Of a stretch of 64,000 bases of DNA, positions 1-9,235 are shown one piece after another. Within the stretch, counting starts at the first letter, position 1; each line of letters opens with the position of its first letter. Both the position numbers and the translations under genes were made by a program. The notes under the pieces were generated by a model. The model was not told the DNA's origin and made no database searches. It saw only the letters and a list, made by a program, of their open reading frames with translations. The DNA is from Escherichia phage VTCCBPA_322. The stretch lies in the sequence record PP989839.1; one strand, written 5' to 3'.

Positions 1-1
1 C

Positions 2-268
2 GTTCTCAGAATCCTTACAGAATTCCTCAATACTTTTCTTACGCAGAGTCTCAGTCATAGCTGTTTCCTCTGCCAGTTTATTAACGAATGTATGCATTTC
101 TAATTTAGTACGAATGGCTTGTTTCTCTGCCATAGTACTTACATATGAATTAAGCATACCTACTGCTTTAGTTGCTGTACCGAATGTATCTGCAACAGTA
201 GTAGCAGCTGAGTTAACAGTACCAAGTAAAGTTCCTGCGGTCATACGTACAGTAGCTTGAGTAGTCAT
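2..268 (-). CDS. hypothetical protein, 3'-truncated at window edge
   Basis: ATG at 268-266 (MTTQATVRM...) with GGAG SD 8 nt upstream; frame stays open to coordinate 2 (...AMTETLRKKSIEEFCKDSEN). Absent from ORF track because it has no stop in the window. Confidence 0.4.
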   Translation of the reverse strand, partial: MTTQATVRMTAGTLLGTVNSAATTVADTFGTATKAVGMLNSYVSTMAEKQAIRTKLEMHTFVNKLAEETAMTETLRKKSIEEFCKDSEN

Positions 269-501
269 GATGATAGCTCCAATAGTTGATGATAGGACGA
301 CATGTCCATAACATGCGGAGCATGTGTAACGTGTAAGGTGGGGTAGGGTAGTGGCTACACCGTCAACATACCGGGGGGCTAGTTGAGTGTAAGGGTGTAG
401 CCCCAGCCACAACACTGTAGTCATACATAGCTATCACAATTTTGACATGCAAAAATATTATAGGCACTATCTCTATAAGCAGATAACTTTGAGGTATTAA
501 C

Positions 502-627
502 ATGAAAGATGGATGGGGTAACTACAATCCTACAGACCCTGAGAACTGGTTTCACTTTATTGCATGTGCCTGTGTCGCAGGATTCGTAGGTATTGTACTC
601 TTGCCACTGGTTCTACCTTACTTATAA
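502..627 (+). CDS. small hydrophobic peptide (41 aa, one predicted TM helix)
   Basis: ATG 502 with GAGGT SD 8 nt upstream, TAA 625-627; MKDGWGNYNPTDPENWFHFIACACVAGFVGIVLLPLVLPYL. Below the 60-aa track cutoff; followed by hairpin GGGGATA-TCTATC-TATCCCC (636-655). Confidence 0.25.
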   Translation: MKDGWGNYNPTDPENWFHFIACACVAGFVGIVLLPLVLPYL

Positions 628-790
628 ATACTATGGGGGATATCTATCTATCCCCTATTCATCATAGCGTTTGATACTTAAAACCTCACATAGCTTACCA
701 TTAACAAGCAATGGTCCACCTACTTCTACAAAAGCTAGGCTGTGTACTATCACTGGTTCAGGTAAGCCTTTGACTGTTACATACCACATA

Positions 791-1120
791 TTAATCCTTA
801 TAAGCAGTTAAATAGGAGGGAGCATACACCAAATGTGGAAAGTGAAGGGAATCACTCGTGGTGAAGGTAAGAGTGTACTTATCCGTATTCACATGCCAGG
901 GGGAATAAATATGGATAGGCCATGGTACTTCCTTTCCTGGTTCAAGAACTTCTACAATAACCCTCTTGTTTAGAATTAGTGTTAACCCTTTGACCTCATG
1001 AAGTGTTTGTTCATCCGGTACTAGGATAATAGGAGTAAGTCTACCAGGTACAAGGTCTTGCAAGATTGCATGGGTAGTGGGGTTAGGTCCACCAGCATAG
1101 CCTATCTTAGTAAGTTTCAT
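791..1120 (-). CDS. early-region paralog family protein (member 6 in transcription order)
   Basis: 109 aa; shares core motif with five neighbours (PIILVPDEQTLHEVKGLTLIL); overlaps upstream gene by 14 nt. Confidence 0.5.
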   Translation of the reverse strand: MKLTKIGYAGGPNPTTHAILQDLVPGRLTPIILVPDEQTLHEVKGLTLILNKRVIVEVLEPGKEVPWPIHIYSPWHVNTDKYTLTFTTSDSLHFPHLVYAPSYLTAYKD

Positions 1121-1454
1121 GAGATATAATCCTTACTCTTTTAAAATCTTTATTAGGTCTACCATCTATAGTAAGTCCAACGAATCCCTCGTCTATCCTT
1201 GGTTCAAAGAACAAGAATGCAGATTCACCAGCAGGTATCCATATGGATTCTCCTAGATTAAGGATGGTTATCTTAGCTGGGCTATTAAGTAGGAGGATGG
1301 AACCACGGGTACTATCTGCTAGCTCACCGAATAACATAAGCATATGACAGTCCTGCGGGAGTAACCACTCAATAGCTTTATTGATATTCTCGGAGTAAAC
1401 AGAGACTTCATCCTTATACTGATGAAGGTACATTACTCTATTCATATGGTGCAC
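1107..1454 (-). CDS. early-region paralog family protein
   Basis: 115 aa; divergent copy of family motif (HMLMLFGELADSTRGSILLL); overlapping tandem arrangement. Confidence 0.45.
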   Translation of the reverse strand: MHHMNRVMYLHQYKDEVSVYSENINKAIEWLLPQDCHMLMLFGELADSTRGSILLLNSPAKITILNLGESIWIPAGESAFLFFEPRIDEGFVGLTIDGRPNKDFKRVRIISHETY

Positions 1455-1765
1455 TCGTCGCTAGATAAATATGAGGTAGAAGGGTATAAGGTAATAAGTC
1501 TACCAGTTAGGGTAGTTACTACCATAGGTTCATTAGTGGATAGTATGTACACACTGGTGTGCTCTGGTATTTCTACGGAATCTTCCATCTTAATGAATTT
1601 GATAGGTTGCCCCAACATTAAGCAAGTACCAATGAACACTTCTGCTTCTTCACTTGGCTCATACAGGATAGTGGTAACTCTCCCCTTACCTGCCAGGATA
1701 TTATCCAGCGTATACGGGGATAGATAGCAAGTAGTAGCAAAGCTAATAAGGCAGTAAAGATGCAT
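1442..1765 (-). CDS. early-region paralog family protein
   Basis: 107 aa; family motif (TTILYEPSEEAEVFIGTCLML); AAGGAAG SD 7 nt upstream of ATG at 1765. Confidence 0.45.
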   Translation of the reverse strand: MHLYCLISFATTCYLSPYTLDNILAGKGRVTTILYEPSEEAEVFIGTCLMLGQPIKFIKMEDSVEIPEHTSVYILSTNEPMVVTTLTGRLITLYPSTSYLSSDECTI

Positions 1766-1768
1766 AGC

Positions 1769-2083
1769 TTACTTCCTTACATAGTAGTAATGGTATTCCT
1801 CATCCTCATAACGACTATCCCATTGGTAGTCATCTGATACCAACATAAAAGGTAGAGCATCATACGCACCACTATTGGTATAGACAGAAGGAGGAATGAT
1901 ACATACAACTTTACGGTCATTACCTGCTAAGAAGAGTTGACCCCTTACTTCATGATAATCCTCTAAGGTAGGAACCAGGATTACATGCTGAGGGTTGCTA
2001 TCTATGACTTCTTCTAAGGTGAAGTCCGTTGTGTATAAGGATTCCCCTTTAACAAAGCTGGGGGCGGTCAGTATGAATTTCAT
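1769..2083 (-). CDS. early-region paralog family protein
   Basis: 104 aa; motif HVILVPTLEDYHEVRGQLFL; AGGAAGGAAA SD upstream of ATG at 2083. Confidence 0.5.
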   Translation of the reverse strand: MKFILTAPSFVKGESLYTTDFTLEEVIDSNPQHVILVPTLEDYHEVRGQLFLAGNDRKVVCIIPPSVYTNSGAYDALPFMLVSDDYQWDSRYEDEEYHYYYVRK

Positions 2084-2447
2084 GATTGATTTTCCTTCCT
2101 TTGGGGATAGGTCTGAAGTAAATGGAAAGTGTTTTATTAAAGACGTTATGGTCAGCTATTAATTCCCAACCAGGTACTTTATAGAACCTAACTCCTGGGA
2201 AGAATATTTCAAAGCCTGCATACTCAGTAAGGTCATACACCACTGGTTCAGTGAGTATATGCGTATTGATTTGCAGGTTACTTAAAAAGAATGAGCCAAC
2301 TATCTTATGGGATTCTTCACAATCAGGTAAGAATACTACTTGCTTGTGTGTGATGAACTTACTTACTGCCTCTGGTTCTCCAAGGTAGTAGGGGTCTTGT
2401 CTACGTAGTACACCGGTAATATCAATATCGAAAGCGTAGATGCTCAT
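2049..2447 (-). CDS. early-region paralog family protein
   Basis: 132 aa; motif QVVFLPDCEESHKIVGSFFL; GGAGGT SD upstream of ATG at 2447; directly preceded by hairpin and T-run. Confidence 0.5.
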   Translation of the reverse strand: MSIYAFDIDITGVLRRQDPYYLGEPEAVSKFITHKQVVFLPDCEESHKIVGSFFLSNLQINTHILTEPVVYDLTEYAGFEIFFPGVRFYKVPGWELIADHNVFNKTLSIYFRPIPKGRKINHEIHTDRPQLC

Positions 2448-2460
2448 AATTACATACCTC

Positions 2461-2499
2461 CAGAAAAAGAAATGGGGTAGAGCCTCTCGACTCTACCCC
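2461..2499 (-). terminator. intrinsic terminator-like hairpin (9-bp stem GGGGTAGAG/CTCTACCCC) with T-run on - strand
   Basis: Stem 2474-2482 and 2491-2499, 8-nt loop; on - strand followed by ATTTCTTTTTCTG then the SD of the gene at 2447. Confidence 0.4.
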
Positions 2500-2647
2500 T
2501 TACCGTTTTCAATCACGGGTCAGTTCATCACCCTAGATACATGTGTATCGTTAGCCTACTAGGTAGGAAAGGAGCCGGGTAACCCTGACTGTAGAAGTTA
2601 TTAACTCTTTACGAGTACCGCCACTGTCTACTAGGCGGTATGACTAA

Positions 2648-2938
2648 TCACATCGTCACCATCATCCGAACACTGTCTTTACTTCGCCTGACGGAGACAC
2701 TATGAGGTAATTTTGTGAAGAACACAAGAGATGAAATAGACTTTTCTAAAGAGTAACTTTCTCTTGGTTCTAAGATCTTAATGCCTGGACGATTCTCTAA
2801 CAGCATCATCCCAGCTAATTCATGGTAGGAATCTTCATCATGTGTAATGATAATATCATCTGAAAGAATACCAGCCTTGGTATGGTCTAGCTCTTTGTAT
2901 TCATCTTTGGAGTCTTGGACTCTCATATAGATTCTCAA
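2648..2938 (-). CDS. early-region paralog family protein (first in transcription order)
   Basis: Motif DIIITHDEDSYHELAGMMLLEN matches family; TTG at 2938 has AAGGAG SD 6 nt upstream, first ATG at 2926. Confidence 0.45.
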   Translation of the reverse strand: MRIYMRVQDSKDEYKELDHTKAGILSDDIIITHDEDSYHELAGMMLLENRPGIKILEPRESYSLEKSISSLVFFTKLPHSVSVRRSKDSVRMMVTM

Positions 2939-2977
2939 AGGTTACTCCTTTTAGGAATAGGGTCATCGGAACATTAC

Positions 2978-2991
2978 ATACTATTTAGTAT
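2978..2991. promoter_or_regulatory. inverted repeat ATACTA-TT-TAGTAT in divergent intergenic region
   Basis: Near-perfect 14-bp palindrome 40 bp upstream of the - strand gene start at 2938; second hairpin GGGGT-ATCTC-ACCCC at 3048-3062 lies ~50 bp upstream of the + strand gene at 3110. Confidence 0.25.
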
Positions 2992-3109
2992 CATGAACTT
3001 TTTCTATATCATGACTAAAGTGTAACTGTATGGTATGGTTTCTTCAAGGGGTATCTCACCCCAAGAAAAGAATCTTCTTTAATAGACATAACTTTGTAGC
3101 GAGATAAGT

Positions 3110-3799
3110 ATGAGTGAACTAACTAAGCAGCAGATTGTTAATGCCCTACCTGCTAATTTCAAGAATAGTGTAACCCAGGAGTTGGTGGACACGATTAACA
3201 ACATTACCCAAGACCAACTGGTTGCTGAAGCATTCCGTGAAAACTTCATCTCTTACTCTGGAGTTATGAAGGAAGGTAAGTTTAAGACACAGGACTACAT
3301 GAATGCAGTTCAGTATGTGACTTACAAACATATGGGCTATTCAAATAAGGAAGCCTACTTCAAAACATTCCCTAACCGACAAGCAGAACTCGTAGCACGG
3401 GGAACCAGTGAGAAAGATATTAGTGCTTACGTGTCTGCTTACCACAGGGGTAAGTTAGTTAACCTCATCATGGAACAAAGTTTGGTTCCAGTGTGGATTG
3501 TGAACCAGGACAATTATCAGAAGGCAATCAATGTTCAGGTTGAACTGATGACTACAGCAGCAAGTGAGAAAGTAAGATGTGATGCAGCTAACTCTATCCT
3601 TACTCACTTGGCTAAACCGAAAGACCAGATAACAAATATTAACCTGGACCTGAGAGAGAACTCTGGGTTGACTGACCTCAAGGCAACACTTGCTGCATTA
3701 GCTGAGCAACAAATTAATGCAATCAATAGTGGTGTACCCACCAAAGAGGTTGCTGGTTCTAAACTAGTACGTGCAGATGAGGACATTACAGATGTCTGA
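3110..3799 (+). CDS. putative terminase small subunit
   Basis: 229 aa ORF immediately upstream of and overlapping the terminase large subunit gene; first gene of the + strand late block. Assignment is positional only. Confidence 0.4.
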   Translation: MSELTKQQIVNALPANFKNSVTQELVDTINNITQDQLVAEAFRENFISYSGVMKEGKFKTQDYMNAVQYVTYKHMGYSNKEAYFKTFPNRQAELVARGTSEKDISAYVSAYHRGKLVNLIMEQSLVPVWIVNQDNYQKAINVQVELMTTAASEKVRCDAANSILTHLAKPKDQITNINLDLRENSGLTDLKATLAALAEQQINAINSGVPTKEVAGSKLVRADEDITDV

Positions 3800-5381
3800 G
3801 TTAATTAAACAGGAACTAGATGAATGGCTAGACCAGGTGGATTACTCCCACCTTAACTCATCTAACTATGTTCCTAGTCAGTTTGCTCTTACCTTTGCCA
3901 ACTTTATTAAGTTGGTTAATGGCAAAGAGGGTGAATCCAACAAAACACCGCCAGTCCATTTGAAGATGTTGGATAAGATGATTAGCCCGAACCAGTATGT
4001 AGTTAACCTGTGTTTCCGTGGTGCAGGTAAGACTGCCGTGTTCATGGAATACTTTACCCTGTTCCTGGCAGTGTTTGGGCACTTACCAAGTCTGGGTAAG
4101 GTAGAAGGAATGATTTATGTATCTGACTCAATGGATAACGGTGCTAAGTCTGCACGTAAGAACATTGAGTTTCGTTACAAGAATAGTGAGTTCCTTCAGC
4201 AGTGGATACCTGAAGCTACCTTTACGGATAACCTATTAGAGTTCCGTAATGTAGAAGGACATCGACTGGGTGTTAAGCTGTTTGGTGCTAAGACAGGTCT
4301 TCGTGGTACGAAGATATATGGTAAACGTCCAACACTCTGTGTACTGGATGACTTGATTAGCGATGGGGATGCTAACTCCAAGACTAGCATGGAAGCTATT
4401 AAAGACACCGTTTATAAAGGCGTGAACCATGCTCTTGACCCAACACGTCGTAAAGTAATCTTCAATGGTACTCCCTTTAATAAGGAAGATATTATCATTG
4501 AAGCAGTTGAGTCTGGTGCATGGGATGTTAACGTATGGCCTGTATGTGAGAAGTTCCCTTGTAGCAGAGAAGAATTTCAGGGTGCATGGGATGACCGATT
4601 CTCTTACGACTACATCAAAGCCCAGTATGATATGGCAGTTAAGACGGGTAAGTTGGCTGGCTTCTATCAGGAACTTATGCTTCGTATTAGCTCTGAAGAT
4701 GAGAGACTGGTTCAGGATAGTGAGATTAAATGGTATAGCAGACAGCAGCTACTAAGGATGAAGTCCTGCTACAACTATTATATTACAACTGACTTTGCTA
4801 CTTCGGAGAAACAGACTAGTGACTACAGTGTCATTTCAGTTTGGGCTTATAGTTCTAATGGAGATTGGTTCTGGGTTGATGGTGTGGCTAATCGTCAGCT
4901 TATGGATAAAAACTTCGATGACTTGTTCCGTCTGGTTCAGGAATACCAACCACAAAACGTTGGTGTCGAAATTACAGGTCAGCAGGGTGGATTCATCTCC
5001 CTTCTTCAGAAAGAAATGATTAACCGTAATGTCTTCTTTAACTTTGCATCTTCTGAAGGTGGTAAGCCAGGCATACGTCCTGTAACCTCTAAGCTGTCAC
5101 GCTTTAACCTAGTAGTTCCATGGTTCAAAGCTGGTAAGATGTACTTCCCGGAAGAGTTGAGAGATACAACTATTATGGGTCTGTTCATGGGCCAGATAAA
5201 ACTGGCTACCATTAATGGAATCAAAGGTAAGGATGACTGTATTGATACTATCTCCATGCTGGGATATCTCAACCCTTGGAAACCACAAGCAGGTATGACT
5301 ATGGTGGATAACAAGGGTGACCCTATGTGGGATGATGAAGAAGAAGATAGTGTTAACCCTCTACGTTCATATATTGTGTGA
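3792..5381 (+). CDS. terminase large subunit
   Basis: Walker A-like CFRGAGKTAV, Walker B-like LCVLDDLISD, acidic C-terminal nuclease-like region; ATG 3792 overlaps upstream stop (ATGTCTGA); track start 3771 is GTG. Confidence 0.8.
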   Translation: MSELIKQELDEWLDQVDYSHLNSSNYVPSQFALTFANFIKLVNGKEGESNKTPPVHLKMLDKMISPNQYVVNLCFRGAGKTAVFMEYFTLFLAVFGHLPSLGKVEGMIYVSDSMDNGAKSARKNIEFRYKNSEFLQQWIPEATFTDNLLEFRNVEGHRLGVKLFGAKTGLRGTKIYGKRPTLCVLDDLISDGDANSKTSMEAIKDTVYKGVNHALDPTRRKVIFNGTPFNKEDIIIEAVESGAWDVNVWPVCEKFPCSREEFQGAWDDRFSYDYIKAQYDMAVKTGKLAGFYQELMLRISSEDERLVQDSEIKWYSRQQLLRMKSCYNYYITTDFATSEKQTSDYSVISVWAYSSNGDWFWVDGVANRQLMDKNFDDLFRLVQEYQPQNVGVEITGQQGGFISLLQKEMINRNVFFNFASSEGGKPGIRPVTSKLSRFNLVVPWFKAGKMYFPEELRDTTIMGLFMGQIKLATINGIKGKDDCIDTISMLGYLNPWKPQAGMTMVDNKGDPMWDDEEEDSVNPLRSYIV

Positions 5382-5387
5382 GGAACC

Positions 5388-6098
5388 ATGCAAAAATTAT
5401 CGGAAGTATACCGTGGTTTAGCACTAAGTACCTTGAAGGGTACTGGTGCAGTCACGGATGATAGATTAGGTATTGAACCAGATAGTAAGCCTGAAATATT
5501 GGCAGCTATTAATGAAGGGTTGGTTCGACTACATAGTCGTTTCCCCCTTAAGACTAATAGCTGCATTGTGGAGATGAAGGAAGGACGTACTGATTATCCT
5601 CTTCAATCCAAGTATGCTTACTCCAGATTTACTAAACCTACTCTTGAGATTCAGTATCCGTACATCATGGATGGGTTCATGAAACCTTTCCAGGATGATG
5701 TTATTAAAATCTTAAATGTGTTTGATAACTCAGGGAACCGACGTAGACTGAACGACGATTCAGACCCTCGTGCTATCTTCACTCCACGGCCTGATACTAT
5801 TCAGTGTATGCGACCTCGACACTTTGAGGCACTTAACGTAACGTATCAAGCTAAGCACCCAGTTCTTACGGGTGATGAAGAACAGGAAGTTGACTTAGCA
5901 GATACGCTAATGACGGCACTTCATAATTGGGTGGGTTATCGTTACCACACTGGTTTGAATACTCCTGAAGCTAACGCTAAGGCAGCAGAGTATCTGCAAA
6001 CGTATGAAAGCATCTGTGGTGAGGTTGTTGATTATGACCTGGCTAATGGAAGTATTTCAATTACCGAAACTAAATTTGAACAACGAGGATGGCGATGA
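5388..6098 (+). CDS. hypothetical virion-associated protein
   Basis: 236 aa; GAGGAA SD before ATG 5388; between terminase and tail genes. Confidence 0.4.
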   Translation: MQKLSEVYRGLALSTLKGTGAVTDDRLGIEPDSKPEILAAINEGLVRLHSRFPLKTNSCIVEMKEGRTDYPLQSKYAYSRFTKPTLEIQYPYIMDGFMKPFQDDVIKILNVFDNSGNRRRLNDDSDPRAIFTPRPDTIQCMRPRHFEALNVTYQAKHPVLTGDEEQEVDLADTLMTALHNWVGYRYHTGLNTPEANAKAAEYLQTYESICGEVVDYDLANGSISITETKFEQRGWR

Positions 6099-9000
6099 AC
6101 GCACACACTCCCTTTGATGCAAATCAGGATTGGACCAATCCTTACTGCCAGAACAGTTCCAATGACCCTATGGTAGATGCATTACTTGGTAATGCTTATC
6201 ATGTGGTTCGAACTGTTTACTGTAACTTGGGTAACCTGAAACTTATCTATGACTTCCTTAACCAGTATGGAATGGTACTTGGTGTACAGTCTGAAGCAGA
6301 ACTTAAAGCACTAACTACCAAATCTAAGTATGCACGTATCTATGGCTTCTCCCGTGCAGGTGATCGTCAGGTTACTGACTACTTGTATGTGGAAGGTGAT
6401 CGTACTGGTATTATCCCAGATAATCCAGAAGCAACTGGTTCATGGATTACTGTTGCTACCTCTGGTTCTAATGGCGGTGGTACTCCATCTAGTGAAGGTG
6501 CATATATCCCATGGGTATACTCAAACGGTTCTGCTACTGGTGGGGAAACCTCAATCAACGTACCGGATGGTACGGTGGGTGTACCCTTTATTATTATTAA
6601 TGGTGACATGCAGTATGTAGGCCGTGGTTTTGAGTTTAATGTGGATAGCTTGTCCGTAACTCTGGCTCAACCTCTGGAAGAAGGTGATGAGGTAGTATTC
6701 CTTTTGACGGGAGTGCCTGCTGTACCGGATAATCCTAACGTTAATGACTGGGTTCAGATTAACTGGTTATACAACAATGGTACTGCTGTAGGTGGAGAGC
6801 AGGTTATTGCTATTCCTTATACCTTCCAGTCTATTCCGGCAGTGTATAAGAATGGGCTTCGTTTGTATAAAGGATTAACTACTGAATCATATACTGCTGA
6901 CCCAGATAACCAGCGTATCCTTCTTACTGAACCACTGGTAACCAATGACCGATTGATTGTACAGATTGGTGGAGAAGCACAGGTACTGGAGACATCAGAC
7001 CATACTCTTCAGGAAGTTGCTCGTTCTGCTAATGTGAAGGATAGTGAGGTAATTCTGAGTACAGATACCACACAATTCCTGAATAACAAAAAAGTTATCT
7101 ATTCTATTAGTGAACAGAGAATCTATGGTCTCCCTGCCTTACCAACTAATATATACATTCAATCTGTTTCAAATGGTCAGTTAACTTACTTACCGGGTGG
7201 TATTACTGTAGATTTGCTACCTATTGACTCTGCTATTATTTTACGTGAGGAACTAAAAGAAGAGGGTGGAGACAGGCTGGTTAATGGATTTACTTCCATA
7301 GACTCCATGAAGTTATCAACCATACTTTCATTGGGGGATGTGGTATCTACAGGTCGTTCTAAGTGGGAAATTGTTTCTTCAGAGACCCCTATTGCATTAG
7401 CAAACGGCTTATTCGCTAAGTTACTCAACAGCCTGTACATTGATGATTTTGCAGGTACTGGCACGGATAAAATAAACTCACTAAATGCTTATATAACACA
7501 TGGTATGCAAGCATCCTATGCATCTTCCATGTTACTAGAGGCATACAAGTATTCTCTTACCCCTGTTCATGTGGTATTTACCTCCCGTGTAGAAACGGAA
7601 GTACCACTGCTTTTAATGCGTCACGTTCACTATGACCAGGTTGGTAGTCAAACGTATTTCAACAGGCAGATGCCTGTAGGCTTATATTATGCCCCAGCTG
7701 ATTTAAACACATCCGCCACAGAACCAGTTGTTTTTGAGTTGTCAGGCACTTCTTATGTGAGGAAAACTGGCGTTTTAATTGGCACGCCGGACAACGATAT
7801 TACCGATGTGAACGGTTATATCACGATGTCAGATGGGTTCCTATTCGACCTATCCGTGGCATGTTCTGGCGGTGTCAAGATAGGTCTTAACTTCTCAATG
7901 GCCCCTGGATGTAAAGGCACAAAAACCAGTATAGGAATCACAGAACGTGGCGGTAATCTGGTATCCGCACCTCTGTTAGGAATGTATTTTAGATGGTCAT
8001 GGGGTGCTGATTTCCGTTCCCCTAAAGTGTTGGCTATGCGTCAGGGTATCCATCTTTATAAGGCAAACGCCGGGCTACGTATAACCAACCCTTATGTTGC
8101 ACGAGTTGGTGCTAACGCCGACAATCCAGAATTAGTCTATTCAGCATCTGCATGGACTACTGAAGGTAAAAATCAGAACACAGGTATAACTTGCGATACA
8201 GTTCGTGATTTTGTTATTGATGAGCCTGTCGTTGAATGGTGGCGTCAGGCGTTCGCATTTAACGATACAGACATTCACTTACGAAAGCCGCACGTAGAAG
8301 ATGTAGGTGGCAATATGATTATGCGCCACAACTTTGTGATAGCTAATAGTTATATAGATTTGGATAACTGGTCACAAGTTAACTATACATGCCTTTCCTA
8401 TGGTTTTTATTTTTGCGGCCAAGACGGCAGCGAACGTAAAGTTATTGCTCGCGGTATGCCCCCAGTCGGTGGGTTCTCTAATGGGATGGTTGGTGGAACA
8501 TTCACTAATGCTCCGTTACGTGTAGAGAATATAAGTCCCGCTATGACTGACTATGGGAGCATTGGTAACTGGTCTGCTATAAACTATTTAGGGATGGATT
8601 TCTATCGGGAAATCTTTGTTAACCCTACTACCGGTAATGACGAGAACTCCGGATTTGTTTCTGGTAGGGCTGTAGCATCTCTGGAGCGAGCTATAGAAAT
8701 CATTAATATCATTCAACAACGTGGCAGTTTCCGGGGCAACTTCGTTATTAACGTAAGTGGAAGTATTGCTTTAACCAGGGTGGTTAGGGCATACAAAGAT
8801 TTTCGTATAAATGCTGCGGGTTCTGTTATTACTTCTAGCAGTACCGGACATATAGAAATGAGTGGTATTGATGTAATCCTGGCATCTGGCACGTTTAGTG
8901 GTACTGCTGCTCTATTACGCCATGTAGCAGACAACAATAGGGTTTATTTGATAGGTTCCGCTGTTGTAAACACCCCGGCTATAGTTACGGCATCCATAGG

Positions 9001-9184
9001 TTTGGGCACACTACATATTAACCAAACAGCTGGTACTAATACGTCTGAAATATCTAAGTATGTAGATGGTGCTGGAGTTGTAATGGTTACTCTTTTAGTA
9101 AGAGCAGCTAATAGAAATACTGCTATTGATTCTGTTCCTGTATCTGCAAATCAGTATGCTGGTATATCAAGTATTACATCTTAA
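6095..9184 (+). CDS. tail appendage/tailspike-like protein with conserved N-terminal region and divergent C-terminal module
   Basis: ~1030 aa; tandem ~70-aa internal repeat (WVYSNGSATGGE... / WLYNNGTAVGGE...); codon usage shifts after about nt 6950-7150 (ATA, AGA/AGG, CGG, CTA appear); ATG 6095 has better SD spacing than 6089. Confidence 0.55.
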   Translation: MNAHTPFDANQDWTNPYCQNSSNDPMVDALLGNAYHVVRTVYCNLGNLKLIYDFLNQYGMVLGVQSEAELKALTTKSKYARIYGFSRAGDRQVTDYLYVEGDRTGIIPDNPEATGSWITVATSGSNGGGTPSSEGAYIPWVYSNGSATGGETSINVPDGTVGVPFIIINGDMQYVGRGFEFNVDSLSVTLAQPLEEGDEVVFLLTGVPAVPDNPNVNDWVQINWLYNNGTAVGGEQVIAIPYTFQSIPAVYKNGLRLYKGLTTESYTADPDNQRILLTEPLVTNDRLIVQIGGEAQVLETSDHTLQEVARSANVKDSEVILSTDTTQFLNNKKVIYSISEQRIYGLPALPTNIYIQSVSNGQLTYLPGGITVDLLPIDSAIILREELKEEGGDRLVNGFTSIDSMKLSTILSLGDVVSTGRSKWEIVSSETPIALANGLFAKLLNSLYIDDFAGTGTDKINSLNAYITHGMQASYASSMLLEAYKYSLTPVHVVFTSRVETEVPLLLMRHVHYDQVGSQTYFNRQMPVGLYYAPADLNTSATEPVVFELSGTSYVRKTGVLIGTPDNDITDVNGYITMSDGFLFDLSVACSGGVKIGLNFSMAPGCKGTKTSIGITERGGNLVSAPLLGMYFRWSWGADFRSPKVLAMRQGIHLYKANAGLRITNPYVARVGANADNPELVYSASAWTTEGKNQNTGITCDTVRDFVIDEPVVEWWRQAFAFNDTDIHLRKPHVEDVGGNMIMRHNFVIANSYIDLDNWSQVNYTCLSYGFYFCGQDGSERKVIARGMPPVGGFSNGMVGGTFTNAPLRVENISPAMTDYGSIGNWSAINYLGMDFYREIFVNPTTGNDENSGFVSGRAVASLERAIEIINIIQQRGSFRGNFVINVSGSIALTRVVRAYKDFRINAAGSVITSSSTGHIEMSGIDVILASGTFSGTAALLRHVADNNRVYLIGSAVVNTPAIVTASIGLGTLHINQTAGTNTSEISKYVDGAGVVMVTLLVRAANRNTAIDSVPVSANQYAGISSITS

Positions 9185-9192
9185 ACAGTAAC

Positions 9193-9214
9193 ACCCCTCT
9201 TCGGAGGGGTTTCC
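9193..9214 (+). terminator. hairpin ACCCCTC-TTCG-GAGGGGT followed by TTCC
   Basis: 7-bp GC-rich stem with TTCG tetraloop between the two tail genes; short T-run, so likely a partial terminator or attenuator. Confidence 0.4.
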
Positions 9215-9235
9215 TAGAAAAACGAAGAGGTTATT

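Noticed and set aside
5006-5566. 186-aa - strand ORF overlapping the terminase large subunit and downstream gene
   Set aside because: Antisense to the terminase gene with its ATPase motifs; no independent support.
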